DNA of 62,519 bases, counting the filler, from Fonticula-like sp. SCN 57-25 (lineage: Eukaryota), in NCBI GenBank assembly GCA_001724245.1. It is 9 parts of 9 records of this genome, joined end to end, with 100 filler letters (N's around TTAATTAATTAA, not from the genome) between each part and the next. Parts side by side here need not be neighbours in the genome. Positions count along the whole stretch, not along the records: positions 1 to 8,106 come from MEDX01000422.1; positions 8,207 to 15,158 come from MEDX01000423.1; 7 more parts are not named here. One strand, written 5' to 3'. Each line of letters opens with the position of its first letter. Within the stretch, counting starts at the first letter, position 1. The notes below the pieces were generated by a model. The model worked only from the letters and a program-made list of their open reading frames with translations, did no database searches and was not told where the DNA came from. The translations under genes and the position numbers were made by a program. This document shows, piece by piece, positions 1 to 11,926 of the stretch.

Positions 1-1174
1 GCCGGGTTGACCTCGCGCTTCTTTCGCGTGACAAAGTCATACACGGTGACGCTGTCGTCCGAGTCGGAGACGATCTCGCCGAGCGTGCCAAAGACGGTCG
101 TCTTGCGCACGCACACGGCCTCGGAAAAGGCAATCATGGTGAACGCCGCCGTCTGCCCGCCCTCAAACTCCATCGCGACGACCTGGTTGTCGACGACGTC
201 GTTGTCTGACTCGTACACGCAGCGGCCGTAGGGGCCAGTGCGGAGCGCGTCGGCGACGTTTTCAATGTCGGCAATGTCAGTGACGGCGTGAAGGCCAAAG
301 GCCTCCTCGCCGCGCGCAGTCGGGTCGAGGTAGATGCGCTTGGCAGAGTAGGGACACTGGCGCTCGTGCGCGCAGTCGAGGCAGCGGAGGGCGTCGCCGG
401 CGGCGGCGGGCTTTTGCGATTTTTTAAAGTGGCGAAGCGAGCCAAAGGAGGAGACGCTGCGGCAGCGCGCGCCGCCCATCAGGTGCGTGATGATGTCAAT
501 GTCGTGGCACGACTTGGCCATCAGCGAAAAAGTTGCTTCTTTCGTGTTGCGCCAATTGCCGCGCACGTACGAGTGCGCGAAATGGGAAAAGCCGACGGGC
601 TCCTGATGCTGGATGCTCTGCACGGGGCCGATGGCGCCGCTGTCAATGATCTCCTTGATCGCGCGGTACCGCGCAGTGTAGCGGAGCACATGGCCGACGG
701 CAAACTTGACACCGGCTGCTTGAACCGCCCTTTCGATGGCGATACATTCGGGGAGCGTGATCGCCATCGGCTTTTCCAGGAGGATGTGGTAGCCTGCTCA
801 ACGTCAGAACAAAATCGAGCAAAACAAGGGACGAACCGAGAGCAGCAAACGCAATCGCGGCCTCTGAATGGTCGCGGTCGGGCGTGCAAATGGCAACGGC
901 GTCAGCGACGCGCGTCGGCAGCGAGACTATGCTCCTCCACGAGTCAAACACGCGACTCTCGGGGATGTTGTGCTTCTTGGCCAGCACCGAGCGCCGATGG
1001 GCATTGACGTCGGCCACCGCGACAATCGTTGCGCAATCAGGGCGCTCAACGGCATAGTGCGCATAAATGCAGCCACTGAAAGGTAAAGAAGCGTATGTTA
1101 GCCACGAAAGAGCGCTGTGCGGCGACGCACCGCTGGCCGGCGCCCACGATCAGGACCGTGACAGGCGGCGCCAT
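1..1174 (-). CDS. Gfo/Idh/MocA family oxidoreductase (spliced, 3' end outside window)
   Basis: Exons give VLIVGAGQR, DAVAICTPDRDH, HILLEKPMA, GHVLRY, HSYVRGNWR, AKSCHDID and GPYGRCVY; two short GT-AG introns. Confidence 0.85.
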
Positions 1175-1480
1175 GATTCTGCCATGATTTGCCATGATTG
1201 GTCAGTCAACTTTTAAACCTACCGAAACCTACCTTTATCACATCGAAATGCAGACAAACGTTGAAAAAGAGAAAAACATCAAAGAAAGCTCTCAAAATTA
1301 TTGACATCGATACAATAAATAATGCTTTTCTATATAAAAACAACTGGAACTGGTTGAAAGTGTAAAGTTTGTAACCTACAAAGAACACAAAATTGACCCA
1401 CTACACTACTAGAATCTAACTACTGTACATCAAACTACTCTATGAACAAAAACATGAACAATGCACTTTATATTGATTGT

Positions 1481-3106
1481 CTACGCCACCACCTGGTCTA
1501 TGCTTCTATCATCCTCGCGATCATCATCAACGTCTACAACCTGCGACTCGATGTGCGCCGTGAGCGCCGCCGTCGAGCTCTCGCCCATATCTTCCATATC
1601 AATCGCCCCCATCATTGTCGCATTGACAGTTCGCCTATCAAAGCTCGGCACCGCCTGATTTTCTATCCTCGCGAGCAGCTGGTAGATCGGGTACGGGCAC
1701 ACAAACTTTGACGCCGCGGCCGCGATGCCGCCCGTGAGCAGCGCAACGGGCACCATACTCAAGTTCATTCCCGTGATTTCCGCCGCAATGACGACAGTGT
1801 TGAGCGGACCCTGAGTAAAGCCCGAAAAGTACGCAACGAGTGAAAGGACGAGCACGGTTTCCTTTGCGACCCACGGGCAGAGGTAGCAAAGATAGACGCC
1901 AAAGCCGATGCCGACAGAGTGGCCCGGCACGAACGCGCCACCAGGCACGAATGACCAGCACGAGAGGAGCGTCGCGATAAACTTTAGCGGCCCGTAGCCG
2001 TAAAAGAGGACAGTGCTCGGGAAGGAGCCGGTCTCGGCCGCGTCGAGGAAAAGGCGGGAAATGTTTTCGCCGGGGCCGAAAAGCGCGCCGTCGACGGAGA
2101 GGTTGAGCAGGACGAGCACGACGCCGCAGGCGCCGGCAAAGGCGATGCTGAAGCGGCGGTGCGTCTGCGGGAAGCGGCGGCGGGCCTTGGCGCCCTCGCT
2201 CAAAAGGCGAGCGAAAAAGCCGCCCAAGAGGCCGAGCAGGATGCCAATGATGGGCGCTGCGAAATAGTCGGTGAGCTCGGCGGGGCGCCCGCGCGTGCCG
2301 AGAAAGACGTCGTTGGCAGTGGGCATGCCCCACACGGCGGCGCGGCCGAGCGCGACGGAAAGGACGGTAAGAACGCGCATGGAAAAGTGCTCGTATTCGC
2401 CCGCAACTTCTTCAATGACAAAGACAATGGCGCCGAGGGGCGCGTTGAAGAGCGCGCTGACGGCGGACGCGGCGCCGGCGACGATGGCGCCGCGCTGGTA
2501 AAAGAAGGACGTGTGCGTCAACTTGCACAGCGAGGAGCCGATCGAGGCGCCGATCTGGATCGCGGGGCCTTCCGGGCCGGCCGACGCGCCGCCAATGGCA
2601 ATAAGGGCGTGAAGCAGCCACTTGCCGACTGCGATGCGGAGCGACAAAAAGTGCTCAAAGACGCCGCCGTTCCACAGATCGTCCCACGTGTTGCGCGGCT
2701 GCCGCGTGGCGGCCTGGCCGACAAGGCGATACGCGACAAGGACGCGCGGGATCCCGCTCGCCTCGGAGCCAAGAAAGACGGAAAGGACAAGCCAAACGGA
2801 TATCATAAAGGTTGGCGTCGTTATGAGCAGCATCCACGCGGAGCTGGAATGCTCCACAACGTACTCGATAAAGGTCAGACTCACGAGGACCACCTGCATG
2901 AGGCATTGCGCGGCGAGCGCGGAAAGGGGGCCAACCATGAGGAAGGCGAGGATGCCACGCACGTCCGCCCACGTCGCGCGGTTAATGCGCTCGTAGAGCG
3001 GTAGCGTCGTCCAGTAGGCATCAGGCACGAGATCCGACAGCGGCGGCTGAACCTTGCTTTCCATGTAATGCGGCACATTGGCATGGTCATCTTTGGGATG
3101 AATCAT
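1481..3106 (-). CDS. ClC chloride channel/H+ antiporter, bacterial EriC-like type without CBS domains
   Basis: Intronless ORF with ClC signature variants ASGIP, GPEGP, FNAPLGAIVFVIEE and GGAFVP; start codon uncertain. Confidence 0.85.
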   Translation of the reverse strand: MIHPKDDHANVPHYMESKVQPPLSDLVPDAYWTTLPLYERINRATWADVRGILAFLMVGPLSALAAQCLMQVVLVSLTFIEYVVEHSSSAWMLLITTPTFMISVWLVLSVFLGSEASGIPRVLVAYRLVGQAATRQPRNTWDDLWNGGVFEHFLSLRIAVGKWLLHALIAIGGASAGPEGPAIQIGASIGSSLCKLTHTSFFYQRGAIVAGAASAVSALFNAPLGAIVFVIEEVAGEYEHFSMRVLTVLSVALGRAAVWGMPTANDVFLGTRGRPAELTDYFAAPIIGILLGLLGGFFARLLSEGAKARRRFPQTHRRFSIAFAGACGVVLVLLNLSVDGALFGPGENISRLFLDAAETGSFPSTVLFYGYGPLKFIATLLSCWSFVPGGAFVPGHSVGIGFGVYLCYLCPWVAKETVLVLSLVAYFSGFTQGPLNTVVIAAEITGMNLSMVPVALLTGGIAAAASKFVCPYPIYQLLARIENQAVPSFDRRTVNATMMGAIDMEDMGESSTAALTAHIESQVVDVDDDREDDRSIDQVVA

Positions 3107-3694
3107 GATTGCGCGCGCGCCCGCGGTAACCGCTCGGTTCAATATACAACAGAGTCAACGACGACGACGTCGCGCGCGCTCCTCTCTGCTCGCGGCCCGG
3201 CAACCTTGCTGCTAGATCCCAGTCAGCGCCGCGGTCGACCAGACTGCCCCTCAAGTGGATATTTGTTTTGAGCGTGCAAACTCTGCACGTCCCTGTCGAC
3301 CATCCGTCATCTGAGCGCGGCGGCACCCTCTATCGGCGCGCATCCGCGACGCTCCGCTGCATCCGCGCGCATCCTTGCTGTCCCTGCATCCGCAGAAGGA
3401 CCTTTCCAGACCAGCTGTCTGAAAAACACGATTTGGCGCCTTTGCCATTGAGTGACTCGTTGTTGTTGTGTGTGTATACTTTTGAGGCCATCCCCTGCGG
3501 TTGGCAATAACCGAGTTTTGGTTGGGCGACGTGCGATTACGAAGGAGACTTCAAGCGCGTGACTCTGTTGAAACCGGTCTGTATTTTGTGTGTGTTTTGC
3601 CTGCGAGTCGAACGGCCTTATTTGAAGGGGTCTTGTTTGCTCGTGTAGCTTGTCCCTGTCGACTCGCTTGATTTCTATTGATCGGACGCTAGAA

Positions 3695-5472
<1,778 letters not shown>

Positions 5473-5571
5473 ATGATGTGTATTAATAGACGGGCAAACT
5501 GTCTTTTGCTGATGATTGGGTAGGGAAACTGATAGATGAAAAAACGTACATTTACTACAAATGGAACACAT

Positions 5572-5712
5572 GTGGTACACAGTAGAGTATCAATAATCGA
5601 CTGACAGGCATTACAGTGGTACACAACAGAGTACGTAATCGACTATACACACAATTGACATGACAGTGGTACACAGTACTTTTACTATACTAGACATTGG
5701 AGTGGTACACAG
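5572..5712. repeat. Degenerate intergenic minisatellite (4x GTGGTACACA core)
   Basis: Core recurs at about 5572, 5616, 5666 and 5702, with partly similar spacers, between convergent 3' ends. Confidence 0.6.
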
Positions 5713-5753
5713 CAGCATCAAAAAAGCATTTCAAATGCAACGGGTATTCATAA

Positions 5754-8106
5754 CTAGTACTCTGTTGATGCGGTAATGAATGCGCTTGTGATTGGCAGCG
5801 CACTCGTATCGACGCCCGTATTATACCGAATCATCCTCAGCATGACATCAGGCCTCGCATCGCCATCCACAAAGTCAAGATCATCCCCAAGCGCCTCCCT
5901 AACAACCGCCGGGAAACGATAATTCCTATAATAAAACCTGTCTGCATCCCTAATTGCTGCAAACTGCCTTGCAATCCCCGCACGAAGCAGCGGCCCCACT
6001 GGTCCATCCACGTGGTCCTCACACAGCATCCCGATCCACAGGTCGACATCATTAATGTCGCCATAGAGACTTTCCAACTTGCCAGCGAGCTCCTGATTGG
6101 ACGTAATCTGGGAAAAACTGTCCAATCGCGAAAGCCCGAGCAGCTCACGTGCGTGGTTGTAATCGGGCAGGGCGTGATCGCGGCCGCGCTGGACGTTGAT
6201 CGCGGCGAGATCGCCGCCGCCGAGGCCGCGTCCGGGCGGGCCGAATAGGAAGCTGCGGACGCCTTCGACAATGTGAATGTCAATTTCTTCGGCGTGTTGG
6301 AGAAGCATTCCTCGGAAAAGTGGGTCTAATATATATCAGTATGATAAGGGATAGACAGAATTGGAACAAGAATGACTATGGATATACAGGCATGACAGAT
6401 GAACAGATATGATACAGACAATAACATGATTACGTCATTCAGAGATAGATGAACATACAGATAGACACATACAGATGATACAGATGGACATACAGATAAA
6501 CATGATACAGATAAACATACACATAGACACGATACAGATGAAACAGATGATCATATAGATAGACATGATACAGATGGACATGACCAAGATATACATGATA
6601 CAATGATTACAATGATTACGTCTCTCACAATTCCCAATGATAATCCCACAATTCGCACCCATTCCGCCGTGCTGCTCCATCAAATGCGGCGCAAACAGCG
6701 AATCCTTCAAGTCAAGCGGCCCCTCTTGAATAGACGTCAAGTCCTCTTTCAAGGGGCAGCAATGTGTGGCCAATACGGAAAAAGGCGGTGGAGAATAAAA
6801 GGTCAATTGAGGGGTCGGCGGTGACGTCATAGCCGGGGTAGGGGGGGAGGAATGTGCCTAATAAGGAAGGTGCGAATTGCTCAAAGGTGATGTATTGCAT
6901 TTCGGCTGCGACCACGTGGCGGGCGGCATTGAAGATTTCATTGTCGGTCCAGCCCTATTAGGAGTCAGTAAAGGAAAGAAAAAGAGAGGGAGGAGGAAAG
7001 TGGCCACGTGGAGAGAAACAGAGAGAGTGATCACGTGGTTATAATAAACAGAGATAATGCCATCCACGTGGTTATAATAAACAGAGATAATGCCATCCAC
7101 GTGGACATAAACAGAAAAATACCCATGTAGATAATGGTAGACATGCCCCATGAAGGAGATAGACAAGATCCAAGAAAGCATAAAGCATAATCACCACGTG
7201 GCCCATGTTCACATCATTCCACTCACGTGACCCATATTCTTTTCCCATATCCCACGTGGCCACGTACAAGTTCCGCCGTATGTTGTGCGATGAGATCCGC
7301 CACGCGATTATGCTCCCTCACGAGCAGCGTGTGCATGGCCACCAAGTGCACATTCTCATTCACCCTAAAATCACCTGCCAAAAATAGCGACACGTTCGCA
7401 AACCGACCAATCGGAAGCGTCGGCCGCGGCTGCTCTGGCACGGCAATAAACGGGTCGGCATTTGGCATCTGCGCCGAGTTGAAAGGGAGGTTGTCGCCGG
7501 CGCTCGTCAAAAGTCGGCCGCCGGAAAAGGCGCGAATGAGCGACGCACGTGGCTCGCTGCTGCCGTAGAGGACAGAGCCGTCCATGTAGGCGGTGATGGT
7601 GTTGAGGACTTGGCGGGGGTGGTCGGCGGAGGTGCCGGTGAAGCGCGCGGGCTCGGAGCGGGTGAAGGGGATCGTCACATTGCCGAGCGAGGTCGGGTCA
7701 AGGTCCTGTAAAGATGTGAGAAGGTGGGAAAGAGATAAAACTGAACTACAAATGAACTAGAAAATGACGAAAAAATGGGCAGAGACAGACTGAAAATGAC
7801 GGAAATATCATCAAAAATGTCACCAAAAAATGACCAAAAATGACGAACTTCAACCAGAAATGCTCCAAAATGTCACAAAAAAGTACCAAAAAGCACCAAT
7901 AACAATCACTAACTCAACACCAGACCTCAATATTCGTTCGTACCGGGTCGCCAGTTGGGACCGGGATGTGCATTGTCTCGGATCCCGGGTGCCTTTCCTG
8001 GAAGAATGTGAGCTCGTGATCGACGATCTGCCCCCACATGACAGTCAAAAAGTTGATATGGTCCGCGCTCGGGATTGGCGGGCCGCTATTCTTGACAATT
8101 TCGTTG
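5754..8106 (-). CDS. Animal-type heme peroxidase (peroxidase-cyclooxygenase superfamily), 5' truncated
   Basis: MWGQIVDHE (distal His), LNTITAYMDGSVLYG, LAGDFRVNEN, REHNR, FRIGH (proximal His) and AINVQRGRDH; several introns. Confidence 0.9.
6329..6645. repeat. Low-complexity intronic repeat (GATACAGAT/AGACAT-like units)
   Basis: Repeated ACAGAT/GATACA units inside a peroxidase intron. Confidence 0.6.
7000..7267. repeat. Intronic CACGTG-containing minisatellite
   Basis: 33-bp unit CACGTGGTTATAATAAACAGAGATAATGCCATC occurs twice, plus degenerate copies; about 7 CACGTG in total. Confidence 0.7.
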
Positions 8107-8206
8107 NNNNNNNNNNNNNNNNNNNNNNNNNNNNNNNNNNNNNNNNNNNNTTAATTAATTAANNNNNNNNNNNNNNNNNNNNNNNNNNNNNNNNNNNNNN
8201 NNNNNN
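8107..8206. other. Artificial contig linker (first of eight)
   Basis: N-run + TTAATTAATTAA + N-run; also at 15159-15258, 21954-22053, 28749-28848, 35537-35636, 42299-42398, 49060-49159 and 55792-55891. Confidence 0.97.
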
Positions 8207-8476
8207 TCCGCGTGAACAAGACGGACGTGAGCGCGCCCACCGCGCCGGCGCGCGCTCTGCTGAGGGACATTCTCCTGCGCGACCTTGTATCACTATGACA
8301 TATTTCGTGTAATATATTGGACTTTAAAGCAATCTTAAGGTTTGTAAAGGCGGGCTTTGTGCTATTAAATTGACGCAAAGACACCGAAATGGAGTTGGCT
8401 TTCATTTCTGTTGTATATGTACAGTTGATGATCCACATTTCATCATCACGACTGCCCCTCAAGTGGTATCGACGAG

Positions 8477-9395
8477 ATGCCGACCTGCGTCGAGTGCGGG
8501 GCGCCCGTGTCGGACCTTTACCGCCAGTTCAGCAAGGGAAAAGGGAAACATTCGGTTAACGCCATGCGTGCGCCATTCACTAGTCTTTATTTTGCCTCTT
8601 TGGACTCACCGATCCGCTCCGGCTGCCAGCATCGGTGCAAGCAGTTTGCCGACCGCTACGTCGAGTACGAGTTCATCATTATTTTCCTCGACATTGTGCT
8701 CCATCGCCCGCAGGCATACCGGCATATCCTTTTCAACAGGATACCCTACCGCGACAGCGGTCTCGATGTGCGCTTTTTGACTGTTTGTAACGCATTGGCT
8801 GACCGCGCCACAGCCGCGCCTATTCCGTGTGGCCATCGCGTTGGTTCTCTTTGACACCTACGTACGATGCGCCTACATCCTCCAACACGTACAAGAAACC
8901 CTTGCCGTATTAGACATTCTTCGCGTGTTCTTTCAATGCACGCTTGAACTGGTCGTCTTCCATGTGGGCGTCTTGATCGCCGTACGATGGCTTTACGGCA
9001 GTCACTACTCACTTTTCCGGTGCGGCGAATCGCTCGAGGTCCAATGAAACGCTCACGTTGAATATTTTTAGATATGACTATGTCACATTGGCATTGTTGG
9101 TGTCCTCTTTTGGAAAGGTTTTCTACCTCGTAATGCTCATCTGGGACTACAAGGGGTTCGACTACGTTTGGATGGTCAACCTCTTTGTCCTCAGCTCCAA
9201 TGCCGAGGCCCTATCAGGTGCGGACTTTCCGGTGCTCTGCTCAAAGGAGTATCTAACCTCTGCAATGTAGTATTTTTAGAGAGCAGCTACAGCACGTCGG
9301 CGGCGGTTCTGAGCATCGGGCTACTGCTCAGGATTGGTGTCCAAGCACTGGCCCACTGGATAATGCCGGGAACCCCGCTATGGCTTCTCAATTAA
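8477..9395 (+). CDS. ARV1: ARV1 sterol/GPI trafficking protein (spliced)
   Basis: N-terminal CVECG...C..C.QFADRYVEYE and LHRPQAYRHILFN, followed by TM segments with SSFGK and IWDY. Confidence 0.9.
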
Positions 9396-9605
9396 AGAAC
9401 ACATTTGAAGCGCACATAACTTTTTGTCGCGTTGTAAGGTTATTTTGTACAATACTATTATAAATTATCACACAAACTTTGAGGCAGTCCACTTCCCTGC
9501 CTGCGATGGATCCTCTTGTAATGATGTGTCAGCAATACCGTCACGAAAGGATTTACCGCTTCACTGCCCCATCTCGCCAAGATGTTGAGTGCACGTGTGA
9601 GCCCG

Positions 9606-11726
9606 ATGCTGTCGCGCCCCGCCACGGCGGCGGCGGTGCGCATGCCCTGGTACGCGTAGCGCCATTTTGTTGTCTGTGTTTTGCGGTTTATTATTAGCCA
9701 TAATCTCTTTGGAGGTTGCTGACCGTTTCACAGGGTGAGGGCGTACCATGCCCAGGCCGAGACGTCCGTCCTCGACGGCAAGGTCGACACCGGCTCGGCC
9801 GAGTTCCAGGAAAACCAGAAGCGCATGACGTCGCTGGTTGAGGACCTTCACGTGAAGGTGGCCAAGTTTGCCGAAGGTGCGGTTTGCGAGCTTCTTTTGA
9901 GCATTCGTGACTGACACACTTTTTGTCGTTTTGACGTGTAGGCGGTGATGAGGCTTCGCGCAAGCGCCATGTCAGCAAGGGCAAGCTCCTTCCCCGCGAG
10001 CGCGTGCACCGCCTGCTTGATCCCGGATCGCCATTCCTCGAGCTGTCGCAGTTTGCCGGCTACGAGATGACCAAGGACTATGTCCCTGCCGGCGGCATCA
10101 TCACCGGTATCGGCCGTGTCCACGGGTACGCGCGCGGCTGTTCTTGTGAAAATGGTCTCATTAACACGGCATCGTAGCACCGAGGTGATGGTTGTTGCCA
10201 ACGACGCCACCGTCAAGGGCGGCACGTACTACCCTGCGACGATCAAGAAGCACCTTCGCGCCCAGGAGATCGCCCGCGAGAACCGCCTCCCTTGCGTGTA
10301 CCTCGGTGCGCCCTTTTGTTGCTGATCTGATTTCGCTTTTTCTTTGTTTTTGTCTACTGCTATGCTGACACGGTGTCTCAGTTGACTCTGGTGGTGCCAA
10401 TTTGCCCAACCAGGCCGGCATTTTCGCGGACAAGGAGCACTTTGGCCGCATCTTTTACAACCAGGCGACGATGTCTGCCGCCGGCATCCCTCAGATTTCG
10501 GCCGTGCTGGGCTCGTGCACGGCGGGCGGCGCTTACGTCCCCGCCATGTCGGACGAGACCATCATCGTCAAGGAGCAGGGCACGATTTTCCTCGGCGGCC
10601 CGCCGCTCGTCAAGGCCGCGACCGGCGAGGTTGTGTCTGCGGAGGACCTCGGCGGTGCCGACGTGCACTGCCGCGTGTCCGGCGTGGCCGACCACTACGC
10701 GCAGAACGACGAGCACGCGCTCTCGATCGCGCGCCGCGTCGTTCGTAACCTCAACTACGTCAAGAAGCCGCAGGTGACGCTGACCGCCCCCGAAGAGCCG
10801 CTCTTCCCCGCCGAGGAGCTGTACGGCCTCGTCAGCGACAACCTCCGCAAGCCGTTCAACATCCGCAAGATCATTGCGCGCCTTGTGGACGGCAGCAAGT
10901 TTGACGAGTTCAAGGAGCTCTACGGCACCACCCTCGTGACCGGTTTCGCGCGCCTGCACGGCTACCCCGTCGGCATCATCGCCAACGACGGCATTCTCTT
11001 TGGAGAGTCCGCCGTCAAGGGTGCCCACTTTATCGAGCTGTGCTCGCAGCGCGGCATTCCCCTCGTCTTTTTGCAAAACATCACCGGCTTCATGGTCGGC
11101 CGCACTTACGAGAACGAGGGCATTGCCAAGCACGGCGCCAAGCTCGTCAACGCTGTGGCCTGCGCCGCCGTCCCCAAGTTCACCGTCATCGTCGGTGGCA
11201 GTTTTGGTGCCGGCAACTATGGCATGTGCGGCCGCGCGTACAGGTACGTTTTTTTGCGCCCTCGTTCTTTCTAGTGACGCGCGCTAATATCCATTCGGCA
11301 GCCCGCGGTTCCTCTGGATGTGGCCCAACGCCCGCATTTCCGTCATGGGAGGCGAGCAGGCCGCCGGCGTGCTCGCCACCGTCACGCGTGACCAAAAGGA
11401 GCGCAACAAGCAGACGGTGCGCACGGTTTACTCTCAATGGCAGGTGTACTAACGCGCTGATTTGCCACCATAGTGGACGGCCGAGGAGGAGGCGCGCTTC
11501 AAGCAGCCCATCATCGACCAGTACGAGAAGGAGGGACACCCCTACTTTTCGAGCGCGCGGTATGCGTAATATCTCGCTTTTGTTTTGCTTTCTAACGCCA
11601 CGTCGCAGGTTGTGGGACGACGGCATCATCGACCCCGCCGATACCCGCAAGGTGCTCGGCCTTGCGCTGAGCGCCTCGCTCAACGCGCCCATCCCCCGTA
11701 CCCAGTTTGGCGTTTTCCGTATGTAG
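9606..11726 (+). CDS. MCCC2: Methylcrotonyl-CoA carboxylase beta subunit (spliced)
   Basis: [52 protein letters not shown] and LWDDGIIDP...FGVFRM. Confidence 0.95.
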
Positions 11727-11926
11727 TGTGGGACGCGAGTGCCGTGATTTTTCGGATAATAGAGAACAAAATGAATGCTCAAAAAAGTGTTGTATTAATA
11801 TTTGCGTCGCGCGCAGTGCGATAAAAGTAACATGCTACACAGTATTAATGGTTGATGATTGATATCATACGATGAAGGAGCCCCAGTACAGTGCTCGAAT
11901 GAGAATGTGTAGAGAAAATCATAATT

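Noticed and set aside
1170-1200. Triple GCCATGATT repeat at the oxidoreductase start as a regulatory uORF system
   Set aside because: Too short to distinguish from local slippage; no further support.
5572-5712. CRISPR-like array (GTGGTACACA repeats with spacers)
   Set aside because: The core is only 10 bp, the spacers resemble each other, the context is eukaryotic and there are no cas genes.
8107-8206. Regularly spaced TTAATTAATTAA palindromes within N-runs as a biological repeat or insertion site
   Set aside because: Identical 100-bp linkers with six-frame stops join contigs of decreasing size; this is an assembly artefact.
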